This document shows, piece after piece, positions 1 to 9,977 of a stretch of 64,000 nucleotides of DNA. A program made the translations under genes and the position numbers. Below the pieces are notes generated by a model, which was given only the letters and a program-made list of their open reading frames with translations, was not told where the DNA came from and did no database searches. Numbering within the stretch: the stretch's first letter is position 1; every line of letters begins with the position of its first letter. This DNA is from Monocercomonoides exilis PA203 (Eukaryota; Protista; Preaxostyla), in the NCBI GenBank assembly GCA_001643675.2, contig LSRY02000032.1, positions 868,001-932,000 on the forward strand. The letters are read 5' to 3'.

Positions 1-110
1 TTATGCGATGAAAAATGAATGAAAAAATTGACAAAAATGTCGGTGCATGGAAAAATGTAACTATAAACGAATGTGATTATATTCGACGTGATTATATCCG
101 GTTTAGACTG
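1..110. mobile_element. Right end of a 450-bp Tc1/mariner-pogo-type MITE (truncated by the window edge)
   Basis: Ends in GTGATTATATCCGGTTTAGACTG followed by TA (111-112). Nearly identical to the right end of the complete copy at 34993-35442. Confidence 0.85.
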
Positions 111-550
111 TACATCTTTCATTCTGAAAATATCTTCATCTATGACTTCATCACAATCCGATCGCTTTGATATAACACGGAGTGAATGCAAAAACAATCT
201 CATTATTTCACTTTGATATTTCAGAATTCGGGAATTTGCAAATCATAAGATAAGATAATCTAAAATCAAATCCAGTTTGGTGAAGAACAAGAAAAGAATG
301 ATGGATTTGATGATGAAAGTTTCAATCAGTGCTTCACGCATATGAATGAGATGGAAGCTGTTTCAAAATCATACTGAAAGCCAATTTCGGGAATTTGTTT
401 GAGACAACAAGTCAAAATGTTGTAATTTTTTGAAAGGTTTCGATGAGTTTTTCGTATTTGATGAAGTGTCTAATCAAGGAGAATGGTTGATAATGACAAA
501 GAATTGAAAACAAAAGAAATGGAAGTCATCAATGAAAAAGACAATTTTAT

Positions 551-850
551 GTCGTAATATTTTTTGAAAAGTTCCTTTTGTTTAATTTTCAAACAGAATA
601 AAAATTACATGTCTAAATTTTTTTGAAAAGTTCTTTTTGTTTAATTTTCAAATAGAATAAATATTTCTTATTTCGATCAAATTTCTGTTTCCACTAACCA
701 TATTTTGCTGTAATAAAAACAAAATCTTGACAATGTTTTTATTTCCATTTGAGTGAAGTTTCGTTCGTTGGAACATAAATTTGATCGAAATTTGAAATTT
801 TTTCTTTATTTGAAAATTAAACAAATGGAACTTTTCAAAAAAATATTGAC
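551..850. mobile_element. 240-bp palindromic MITE (611-850) preceded by an extra 60-bp copy of its left end (551-610)
   Basis: Long imperfect TIRs GTCTAAATTTTTTTGAAAAGTT...AACTTTTCAAAAAAATATTGAC. TTAT flanks the whole unit (547-550 and 851-854). Homologous to the copies at 21237, 23216 and 34743. Confidence 0.85.
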
Positions 851-1170
851 TTATGGAGAAGAAATAGGAGAAAATGAGATCAGCAAAACATCAAAGAATA
901 GAAAGGATAGAATAGAAATGAGAAAAGAAGACAATAGAGAATGAGTTTTCACGCAAAATAAAAAAGGTTGTTGAAATTGGTATTTGAAAAAAAAATGAAA
1001 AATTGTAAAAAGTATTTTAGACAAAGCAGGAAAAATTTTAAAAATTCGAAGCAACGTCGATTTTTTGGTTTGACAATTTGCTTCAAGAAACTCTTTCATT
1101 TTTTTCTTCAGAAGTGTTTTCCAATATTTATTTAGAATAATGAAACAAAAATAATAAAACATTTCACATA

Positions 1171-1441
1171 TAAGGAAAATATTTCACTTCAGGCACTTTC
1201 ATAGAAAAATTTTGCACTTTTCATCGAATTTTTACGATCAAAAAACACACTAAAAATGAGTCCATTTTTTTTACATTCGTAAAATGTCACAAAACATTTT
1301 GTTATTTCATCAATGAAACCTTCTAATGGATTTAAAAATCAAATTAATTTTTAAATCTGAGAAAGAAAAAATTAAGTTAAGAGTGAAGCAATTTTACATT
1401 GCCTTGTAAAAAAAAATGCTTAAAAGTTCGTATTTTCGTCC
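1171..1441. mobile_element. Degenerate copy of the 267-bp non-autonomous element seen at 22272-22538
   Basis: Collinear similarity over the whole length (AAAATATTTCACTTCAG..CATAGAAAAATT..TCAAAAAACAC..ACATTCGT..AAATCTGAGAAAG..TGCCTTGT). Termini are decayed. Confidence 0.7.
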
Positions 1442-2030
1442 AAATAATAAATAAATGTGACAAGCAATCTTTTTGTTCTTTTTTTAAATTTATTATATTT
1501 TTTTCTTAATTTATTTATTTTTTTTATCTATGGATTCTGCAGTGACAGAACTGATGGCAGTTGACTCAATTGACAATTTTTGATTTAAAAATGCAAACAA
1601 GTCAGAACGATCAATTTCCCATTGTTGTATTCCAAATAATTATTTATTTTTTATTTTTTATTCTAAAAATTTTGGTTTTTTTTTACAATAATTTATTTTT
1701 GTTATAGTATTAATTTATTCATTTTTGTTTATATTTTGTTTCTGCAATTCCGTCAATTCTTCAACGTTTTTTTCTATAAATCCTTCAGTTACACATGCTT
1801 TATTCAATGAAAGAAATGACGTAACAGATCTAACTTGAACAACATTAATCTTTTGGGATATAACATTTAAACATTTATCAAAAATTATTTCTTTCTTTGA
1901 TCAAATGTTTCTGATCCAATAAATGTAATTAATAAATCTAATTTTTCATCTACAAACCATTTGTAACATCAAGCTAACAAAGTTGATTTTGTTTTTTTAT
2001 TTTGAAGGATATATTTCCTTAACTTGTATA

Positions 2031-5000
2031 ATGTTATTGTTGTTTTGTGTTTGTTGTTTTTATGGAGTTGTTGGGTGTTATGAGATAAACAATTGTTTTT
2101 TGAGAGATTTTGGTGATGAAAAGAAATCAGAAAGTTTAACCACTTTCACAAAACCACAAATAGCTGATGCACACATTCTGTTCCACAATGCTTCTTCTGC
2201 GATGATTCATGTTGATTTTTGGACTGTTCATTCGGAAGATCATGTGTTTGTTGTTGATGAAAAGTCCAAAACGAAGTTGGTCGATATCCGCTTTTGCATG
2301 AAGCATTCTTGTCCACAGCACACCCTTTTCTTGTCGAATGGCTTTGTTTGGGCATCGAATCTGAGTTTCGTTTCATTTGATTGCAGATGCTCAATTCCAT
2401 CGATTGTCTCCTCTGCTCCAGGATTTGAGAGCCAAAATGAAGGGAAAACTGTCTTGGAATGCAGTGCAATCAGTTTGCATGTGATTTCAACAACATGCCC
2501 CTTTGTGAATGATTGTGGCACTTCATTTGTGTCTTTGGAGGATTGCCACTTTTTCAATGTCACACAACAGAAAAGAGTGAAAACCGTCTCCTTGTCGAAT
2601 ACAAAAGCGATTGTTGACAGCTGTGATTTTTCGGATATGACAACACCATATTATGGATGCATTGTCAGTGGATTGCTTTCTACAGGAGGTTTTGCAGTGT
2701 TCAACACATCTTTTCGAAAATGCAGTTACAGCAAAACTGTTGTCAATACAGTTACAACAAATGGAACAGAACCTGTGTTTTTCTCCGACACTTATTTCAG
2801 TTGCAAATCTGAAAATCATGGAGGTGCCATTTATCATCGTATTAACTATCCAATGACAATTGAGAGATGCATGTTCTTTGAATGCAATTCTTCTCAAAGT
2901 GGAGGAGCCATAGGAACCGACAATGCACCAGCGCTGAGTGCATTAATCATCAACAATACAATTGGAGAAAAATGTTTTGCTGCTCTTTTTGGTGCATTCA
3001 TGATGAGTGATTATCAGAAAAACATGCAAATGCGAAATACAAACATTTCTGATTCTTATGGAAATAATTGCGGGGGCGTATATCTGAATAGGTATCCTGG
3101 AAACATATTAATTGTTCGCTGTTATTTCAATAATTGTTCTGATGAAGGAGATAGAATACTTTTGAGTTCAGGAGGCATTTTGATTGGAGATGGGCACAAC
3201 GTGTCAATTAGTGATTGCAGTCTAACAAAATGCTCTGGTCTAACAGCAGGAGGCATTTGCTTTTGGGGAGATAAAGATTGGGGTGGTGATTATACAGGGG
3301 TTGTGATGTTTTGCTTCTTTGAAGAAAACTCAGCCAGAAATGGAGGAAAAGATGTTTCAGTAATGGGGAAGTGGGTTGAGAATGCAGACCAGTCAATGTT
3401 GATTGAATGCCGATCAAAAACACTGGGATCGAATCGAGTGATGCATGGTGAAAGTGATGTGAGTGAGTGGATTCCATATTATTATTCTGGAGCGTTGTTC
3501 GTGAACAGCGAGACTGGAGATGACAACGAGGCTTGCGGAAAGAATGAAAGGAAGTGCAGGACAGTGGGCTATATCCCTGTGTTGGTTGATCCGCAAAAAG
3601 CAGAAAGCACAAGAGTGGTGATTGAGTCACCGAGGATTGTCGAGCATGGCTGCAATGTGGCAAACAAGAAAATAGAAATTGTTGGGAGCACAGGTGGAGA
3701 GCTGACAATAACAACTGCTCTCGCATCGACTTCACTATTTTCAGTTGTGGATGGGCATTTGAGCACAAGCTCGATTCAGATCATTCATGATGCAGCACAA
3801 TCGACTGCAGATTCATTGGTGTTTCTTTTGGAAGGATCAGGGTCACTCCATGTGGATGGTTGCACCCTCACGTCAGGGAGCGGACACTCTGAGTCAAATG
3901 CATTCTCCAGCTCGATGATAATGCTGAAAGGAGGCGAGGCCACAGTCGAAAACACTCACATCACATCCTTCTGGCTGCTGGATGCATCGTGTATTTTGCT
4001 TTGTGGATCGTGCTCATTGAGAGTTTCGAACTGCACACTGGAGAATATTGTCCGAAACGGAGGAGAAGGTGGAGGTATTTCAGCAACCATTGAATCTGGT
4101 TGTGAGCTTGAAATATGTGAATGTGCATTTGACAATTGCACAGCAAAAGAAGGAAATGGAGGAGGAGTGAAAGTTGTTCTGGAAAGAGGAGGAAGCCTTG
4201 TTATTGGTGAATCGACAAACGCCACATCCCTTTCTGTGTGTTCTGCACAAAGAGCCAATGGAAAAGGAGGATTTGGAGGTGGGCTGTGCATCTCCAGCAT
4301 AGCCGAAGATGTGTCGCTCAGTCTGATCAACCTCGGATTTGCAGACAACAGTGGATCAGTGGGAAGGGATGTTTATGCTTCATTGAAGGATCTCAGGACA
4401 AAAGTGAACAATGTGACATTTTCATGGGCATTTTTCATCGAGTCGGAAAAACGGGAGAACTCGCTGTGTGGAGTTGATGGAAACTTTTTCGAAAACGATG
4501 TGGATCTCTTCATCTTCATCACAGGGCTTCAATCAACAACAATCGGCACAAGTGGCAGTGAAGGCGAAAACGCCATATACTGTGGAAATGATGTTCCCTG
4601 CAAAACACTGGATTATTCCATTCAGCAAGCTGCGGGTATTGGAGAGTTGACAATCACGATCCATTTGTCAACCACACTGTCTTCGGAGACTGTTCTGAAC
4701 TCTCACACAATAAAGTCAGGCAGCGACTCAGAATGCAATCTTGTTGTTAACTCATCACTTGAAGGGCAGACAGGAAAAGTGATCTCGACAACAGGAGTGC
4801 TGAAGTTGAACAAGATTGCGTTTTCGATTCCTTCATCGTTTGTCCATTCACAGAACACGCTGATTCATTCGCATTCAACAGCAAGCGAACTCACAGTCAA
4901 TGGCTGCCAATTTGTGAACCAAACATCAGCTCCCATCTCGTATGTGCTGTTTGATGTTTCTGAAGGAAAACTCAGAATGGAAGACATCACACTTTCATCG

Positions 5001-8000
5001 ATATCCTTTTCGGGAAAGGTGTTTGCAATTACCCCGTCTGTTGATGCTGAGATCATCTCACTCAATGTGAGCAATTCAGAATTGGGCACAAATCCCTTGT
5101 TATCTGTTGATGGATCTGCGCAACCTCAGAATTCCCCATCAGCTCGCAACAGTGACCTCACACCGTCTTTGACTTTCAAAACATGCACATTCGGAGAAAT
5201 AGCTGTTTGTGAAGCAGATTGCTCGGGGGTCATCTCGACTGGTGCCTCCATTCCCTTGTTGTTTGATGGATGCACATTTGAGAGCATTTCATCACCAACA
5301 AGTGTTGAAGGAGGAGCAATGAGGATCTCGGTTGAAGAGTCTGGGAGCTTTTCAATCAATGGAACGAGCGTGAGCCAAAAGTGCAGCTGCGAAAACAGAA
5401 GGGTTGGGAAGGGAGGCTTTCTTTGGATGCATTTCCCTGAAAGCCATGGAGACTTTGCTCTGGGGATGATGAGCCTGAAAGAGAACAGCGCATTCACTGG
5501 CCGTGATGTGTTTGTCACCTGCAAGGACTTGCTTGAGATTGTTGATCCGTCATCCTTTTCGTTCGCTGCGGCAGTTGCCGAGTCTGAAAGAAACAATTCT
5601 CTGGTGGGCACTGATTCATCTTGGTTTCATTCCCAGGATGAAGATCTGTTTGATTTGGTTCTGGGATATCGAAGCCGAGTCATTTATGTGAACTCGACAA
5701 AAGGGATGAACCACATTGGATGTGGGAAACTCTCGTTCCAGTGCACAAGCGTTGACTATGGGATCACACGAGTGGCAGATGGCGAAGAAAGAAGGATTGA
5801 GATTGGCGAGACAGGAAATGTGGGAGATGAATTCGATCTTGTTCACCTCCTGATTGAGTCAAACAGCGAAGAAACAGCTGTTCTTTCTGTGAGTGGTGCC
5901 ATCCCCAAAACGAGAGATTGCATTGTTGAGGTTGGAGATGGGGTTGTGAAAGATGTGGCATTCTCACTTCCAGGTGCCTTTGTGAATGGGCACAGCACCT
6001 TGTTTGCATTGCCATTTCCCACATCTGTGCTGACTCTCGAGGCATGCTCCCTCGCCAGTTCTTCATCAACCACAATCTCATTCAATCTTGTTCTTGTCAA
6101 TGGTGGGGATCTTGCTCTGAAGAACTGCAAAATAGAAAACATTGCATCAGCTGTTTCGCTTGTGGAAGTGCTCTATCAAGAGCATCCAAGCAACGAGGAT
6201 GCGAAGGGACACAGCATTGTGTTTGATTCATGCTCATTTCTTTCGACAACAGAAACAGGGAACACAGCAAGCACAGCAAAAATTGATTCCTCAGACAGTG
6301 ATGTGTCTGTGACAGTTAAGAATTCGACATTTTTGAAGTGCTGCGCAGACTCGAGCAGTTGTGGCGGGGCATTGTTTGTTGGATTGGGCAAAGGCATCTC
6401 ACTGGAGGTGAACGATTCGAGCATGAGCCTGTGTGAGACAGCAGTCGGGAAAGGAGGAGGGATGTATCTGAACGGGGCAGATGCAAAGCATTCGCTCCTG
6501 CCATTCGTGATTTCGAGTGTGACATTCTCGAGCAACAACGCTATTGTCGGGCGCGACATATTCATCCAGTGCGACAACTTGTCCACTCAGATCAGCGAGC
6601 GCCACTTCCTTCTGGATTTCAGAGAGCCCCCATTCAACAGACACAACTCGATATGGGGCATGGATGCAGCACTTCCATCACACGATGTTGACATCATCCC
6701 CATGGTTGTGATGTATCAGAGCGAGCTGATATTTGTGAGTGGAATTGCTTCTGGCGCTGCTGATGCAAAGTCATGTGGAAGTGTGTTCTCGCCATGCCGT
6801 TCGCTGTCATATGGGGTGCTGCATGTGATCCCTTCGATCTACAGTCAAGTGATTGCAGAATCCGAGACAGCAGTCTCTGAAGAAGTGGTGTTCCGAGATG
6901 TGGCTGTGAAGAGCTCTTCATTGAACAGCCACTGCCGTGTGCTGCTGGGAGGCACAACAGCAAGTGAAACGAAGTATTCGGGATTAATGGGGTGTACGGG
7001 GAGTGTATCTTTCGAGAAGATGGATTTTCTCTTTTCTGAGGAATATGCCTCGTCGCATGTGTCTGTGTTCAACATCCAGAATGGAGCCACCTCAATCATC
7101 TCATGCACATTCACAGGAAGTTCAGAAGCGATGGTGCTCAGCCAGACCCTTTTTGTTGTTTCAGCAGGGCTGTTGGATGTGCAAAAAGTGGTGTTTGACT
7201 CGCTCAACATCCACAGCGATATTCTTCTCCTGAGTCCATCAGCAAGCACTTACATCAGTCAGATCCAGGTCAAGGCGGTTGTTTCAGATTCTTCATTGGT
7301 TGTGGCAAATCAGGCAAGTGCAACGATGATTGATGTGGAAATCGACAATTCGTCATGGGGGAAAGGAATGATCACAGCCTCTTCATCGAATGTTTCTGTT
7401 TCGTCGTTGACTTGCTCATCTGTGGAGGCTGAAACAGTTATTGCTTCAGCTCATTCGAGCTTGTCGATTGAAAAGATAAAACTCATCAAATCAACAATCA
7501 AAAAGCATGCCATTCTGGTGGAGTCATTGCATGGGCAGGTGATTGTCAAGGAATTGTTTGTTGAAAACATCAAACTCTGCAGCGGATGTGTTGTGTGTTG
7601 CACTTCTCAGCAGAATGATTTGACAGAACGAAACGATGGATTGTGCAGCATAATGCAGGCATCGTTCAGCAACATCACATGTGCATCAAGGGTTGAATCA
7701 AAAGCAGCAAGTGTTTTTGACTGCTTTTTGAGCAGATATCCGATCCATCTGCAAAACTGCTCAGCTGTGAATTGCACTTCTCAGCCAATGAAGGGAGCAA
7801 TCGCCTCCTTCAACTGCTGTTCAAATGCTTCTTTCGATTTGTGTGTGTTTGATGGAAGTTCGTCAGCCAAAGATGAAGGCTGGAAAAGAAACGAAGGAAT
7901 GAATGAGGTGTGCATGTGGAATGAATCGATTGTGGGTCTGGTGAACTCGAGTGCTTTCATGAAAGACACAACAATCGAAAACTCTCCGTTTGGTGGATTG

Positions 8001-9977
8001 TCGATTTCTGGTGGGAAAGCAGACATTGAGAAAGGAGATTTTGCGAACAATAACCCGCAGATCGAAAAATACCCATCAGCCAGAAGAAATGTCTTCTGTT
8101 CTGATTCCGGAGCATTGGTTGTTTCGAGCCTGAAAGGGGGAGATGGAACAAAGGAGAACTCATCATTGTGGATGTTGAGCGAAGGGTGCAATGCTTCGGG
8201 GATTGTGGCTGACCGGTTGTCATCCTTCTTTATTCCTTCATTGGATTCTGTCGCCTTTGTGAAAGCAGGAAATGAAGCTGTTCTGACGTTTGTTGGAAGG
8301 CTGTTGCTTCCTTGCAACATCTCGGTCAGCCTCACATTTGCGAGAGGGGTCGAGCAGGAAGTCGAAAAATACCAGATAGACAGCGATGATGGATATGTTG
8401 GAGAAGAGGAAGTGAGGGCTTCAATCCCTTTGTCTCGATTTGAAAATGCAAGTGATGAAACTGAGATATCTGTGGAAATCTTATTTGGGAATGTTGATTC
8501 TCCTTCATCAACAAAATCATTCATTCTGAAGAACAAGACTGAGCCTGATCCAAAAGGAGATGAAAGGATTGTTGAAGGAGGATACAAAGAAGGAAAATCT
8601 TATTGGTTGTTGATTGTTATAATCATGGGCGTTATTTTATTAATAGTGCTTATTGTATCAATAATTGTGACGATTCGATGGAGGAAGGTTAAAAGAAGGA
8701 CAGAAGAGTTGGAAGTGATTGTGAATGACACAGTGAAAAAGGATCCAAAGCTTATTGAGATGGTGACAATGGAGATGTCGCCTGAGGAGCAGTGGAGGAG
8801 AGCAGAGAGAGAGGCAGAGAAGAAGAACGATGAGAGGATTAAGAAGAGGGTGTATGAGAAAAGCTTGGGACACTCGGAATCATCTGAACATCTTCTATCT
8901 GAGAGTGGATCGACTGAATATATTCTTGGAAATGACTCTGATAAGATTCCTCAATGGATGCTGGAGAAGGTTGAAGAAGAAGAGACAAGAAAGCAGACTC
9001 CATCACCATCCATCTCATCCACTTCAACCACATCAACAACTGATTCAGATTCAACATTTGTTCGAGGAGAAGATCTATGCCCAACCACCTCGTCCATGTC
9101 AAATCTGGTGGATGCAATGGCCTGTTCATCGCCTCATGAAAAACTGATTGTGGACTTGAGGGATTCGTTGTTTATGCTGCTTCACGGGAGGAACGAGAAG
9201 AAGGAGATGGTGATTGGGAATCTGCAGGAGAGGGAGATGACTGGCGCTCAGATCCTGTTCTGGGTGGCGAATCTCGCACTCCACTCGTTTGAGGATGGGG
9301 AAGAAGGTCTTTCCTCTCTGGCCAATCTGAGTCCTCATATCGTGCTGTTCTCAGAACATATGGTGATCTGCATTGTGATGCATTCAGACTTCTCTTCTGA
9401 TGATGATTCAGATTCTTCTTCCATCTCTTCAACAACAGTTGTCACATCTAAAAGCGATGATGAAGATGAAGATTCACTTCCTTCATCTGCCTTTGAGGAT
9501 GAAGATGATTTCAAAAAAGAGTGCCTGAGATGGAAGGCTCCTGAGCTGCTGATGAACAAGAAGATGGGAGCAACAAAAGAGTCAGTGGCATTTTCGATCG
9601 GGATGATGCTGTGGGAGTGCTTGACGCTGAAGATTCCGTTTGGAGAGTATGAAGCCGAAGTTGCTGGGCAGAAGATCATGAATGGGGAAAGGCCAAACAT
9701 GGAGAATACGCATGCAGAATCGATGTTGATGGATGTTGCAAAAAGAGCAACATCGATGAATTGGCAGGAGAGGTTCACGCTTGGAGAGCTGAAGCGCGAG
9801 TTTATTCAGCGGTTTCCGGCAGGGGCTGTAATAATCACAATGTCAGATGCAATTGACATGGAAAGGAACAGGGACAGCAGCGGCAGTAACAGCTACAGCG
9901 ACAGCGACAGCAGAGGAGGAAGCTTGGAGGAAGCAGATTCGTTGCTTGGAGGCAGTGCGCTCTGCTCCGAAAAGTGA
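2031..9977 (+). CDS. Large type-I membrane receptor-like protein: signal peptide, multiple parallel beta-helix (pectin-lyase-like) units, TM helix, Ser-rich region, degenerate TK/TKL-like kinase C-lobe (copy A)
   Basis: Uninterrupted ORF. ATG 2031 matches the paralog's start. Hydrophobic N-terminus. Four units open with xxVxxxxGxxxxxCG...CxT/S and contain GGG/GGA..F..N.A..GRD motifs. TM is WLLIVIIMGVILLIVLIVSIIVTIRW. Kinase subdomains VIII-XI are RWKAPE / VAFSIGMMLWECLTLKIPF / ERP. Confidence 0.88.
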   Translation: MLLLFCVCCFYGVVGCYEINNCFLRDFGDEKKSESLTTFTKPQIADAHILFHNASSAMIHVDFWTVHSEDHVFVVDEKSKTKLVDIRFCMKHSCPQHTLFLSNGFVWASNLSFVSFDCRCSIPSIVSSAPGFESQNEGKTVLECSAISLHVISTTCPFVNDCGTSFVSLEDCHFFNVTQQKRVKTVSLSNTKAIVDSCDFSDMTTPYYGCIVSGLLSTGGFAVFNTSFRKCSYSKTVVNTVTTNGTEPVFFSDTYFSCKSENHGGAIYHRINYPMTIERCMFFECNSSQSGGAIGTDNAPALSALIINNTIGEKCFAALFGAFMMSDYQKNMQMRNTNISDSYGNNCGGVYLNRYPGNILIVRCYFNNCSDEGDRILLSSGGILIGDGHNVSISDCSLTKCSGLTAGGICFWGDKDWGGDYTGVVMFCFFEENSARNGGKDVSVMGKWVENADQSMLIECRSKTLGSNRVMHGESDVSEWIPYYYSGALFVNSETGDDNEACGKNERKCRTVGYIPVLVDPQKAESTRVVIESPRIVEHGCNVANKKIEIVGSTGGELTITTALASTSLFSVVDGHLSTSSIQIIHDAAQSTADSLVFLLEGSGSLHVDGCTLTSGSGHSESNAFSSSMIMLKGGEATVENTHITSFWLLDASCILLCGSCSLRVSNCTLENIVRNGGEGGGISATIESGCELEICECAFDNCTAKEGNGGGVKVVLERGGSLVIGESTNATSLSVCSAQRANGKGGFGGGLCISSIAEDVSLSLINLGFADNSGSVGRDVYASLKDLRTKVNNVTFSWAFFIESEKRENSLCGVDGNFFENDVDLFIFITGLQSTTIGTSGSEGENAIYCGNDVPCKTLDYSIQQAAGIGELTITIHLSTTLSSETVLNSHTIKSGSDSECNLVVNSSLEGQTGKVISTTGVLKLNKIAFSIPSSFVHSQNTLIHSHSTASELTVNGCQFVNQTSAPISYVLFDVSEGKLRMEDITLSSISFSGKVFAITPSVDAEIISLNVSNSELGTNPLLSVDGSAQPQNSPSARNSDLTPSLTFKTCTFGEIAVCEADCSGVISTGASIPLLFDGCTFESISSPTSVEGGAMRISVEESGSFSINGTSVSQKCSCENRRVGKGGFLWMHFPESHGDFALGMMSLKENSAFTGRDVFVTCKDLLEIVDPSSFSFAAAVAESERNNSLVGTDSSWFHSQDEDLFDLVLGYRSRVIYVNSTKGMNHIGCGKLSFQCTSVDYGITRVADGEERRIEIGETGNVGDEFDLVHLLIESNSEETAVLSVSGAIPKTRDCIVEVGDGVVKDVAFSLPGAFVNGHSTLFALPFPTSVLTLEACSLASSSSTTISFNLVLVNGGDLALKNCKIENIASAVSLVEVLYQEHPSNEDAKGHSIVFDSCSFLSTTETGNTASTAKIDSSDSDVSVTVKNSTFLKCCADSSSCGGALFVGLGKGISLEVNDSSMSLCETAVGKGGGMYLNGADAKHSLLPFVISSVTFSSNNAIVGRDIFIQCDNLSTQISERHFLLDFREPPFNRHNSIWGMDAALPSHDVDIIPMVVMYQSELIFVSGIASGAADAKSCGSVFSPCRSLSYGVLHVIPSIYSQVIAESETAVSEEVVFRDVAVKSSSLNSHCRVLLGGTTASETKYSGLMGCTGSVSFEKMDFLFSEEYASSHVSVFNIQNGATSIISCTFTGSSEAMVLSQTLFVVSAGLLDVQKVVFDSLNIHSDILLLSPSASTYISQIQVKAVVSDSSLVVANQASATMIDVEIDNSSWGKGMITASSSNVSVSSLTCSSVEAETVIASAHSSLSIEKIKLIKSTIKKHAILVESLHGQVIVKELFVENIKLCSGCVVCCTSQQNDLTERNDGLCSIMQASFSNITCASRVESKAASVFDCFLSRYPIHLQNCSAVNCTSQPMKGAIASFNCCSNASFDLCVFDGSSSAKDEGWKRNEGMNEVCMWNESIVGLVNSSAFMKDTTIENSPFGGLSISGGKADIEKGDFANNNPQIEKYPSARRNVFCSDSGALVVSSLKGGDGTKENSSLWMLSEGCNASGIVADRLSSFFIPSLDSVAFVKAGNEAVLTFVGRLLLPCNISVSLTFARGVEQEVEKYQIDSDDGYVGEEEVRASIPLSRFENASDETEISVEILFGNVDSPSSTKSFILKNKTEPDPKGDERIVEGGYKEGKSYWLLIVIIMGVILLIVLIVSIIVTIRWRKVKRRTEELEVIVNDTVKKDPKLIEMVTMEMSPEEQWRRAEREAEKKNDERIKKRVYEKSLGHSESSEHLLSESGSTEYILGNDSDKIPQWMLEKVEEEETRKQTPSPSISSTSTTSTTDSDSTFVRGEDLCPTTSSMSNLVDAMACSSPHEKLIVDLRDSLFMLLHGRNEKKEMVIGNLQEREMTGAQILFWVANLALHSFEDGEEGLSSLANLSPHIVLFSEHMVICIVMHSDFSSDDDSDSSSISSTTVVTSKSDDEDEDSLPSSAFEDEDDFKKECLRWKAPELLMNKKMGATKESVAFSIGMMLWECLTLKIPFGEYEAEVAGQKIMNGERPNMENTHAESMLMDVAKRATSMNWQERFTLGELKREFIQRFPAGAVIITMSDAIDMERNRDSSGSNSYSDSDSRGGSLEEADSLLGGSALCSEK

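Noticed and set aside
2895-3195. Diversity-generating retroelement VR/TR pair
   Set aside because: Differences between the copies are not adenine-specific, and no reverse transcriptase is encoded in the window.
7781-8587. 268-aa antisense ORF conserved in both receptor copies (also 44842-45648) and other shadow ORFs
   Set aside because: Conservation follows trivially from near-identity of the sense genes, and codon bias of the sense strand explains the open antisense frames.
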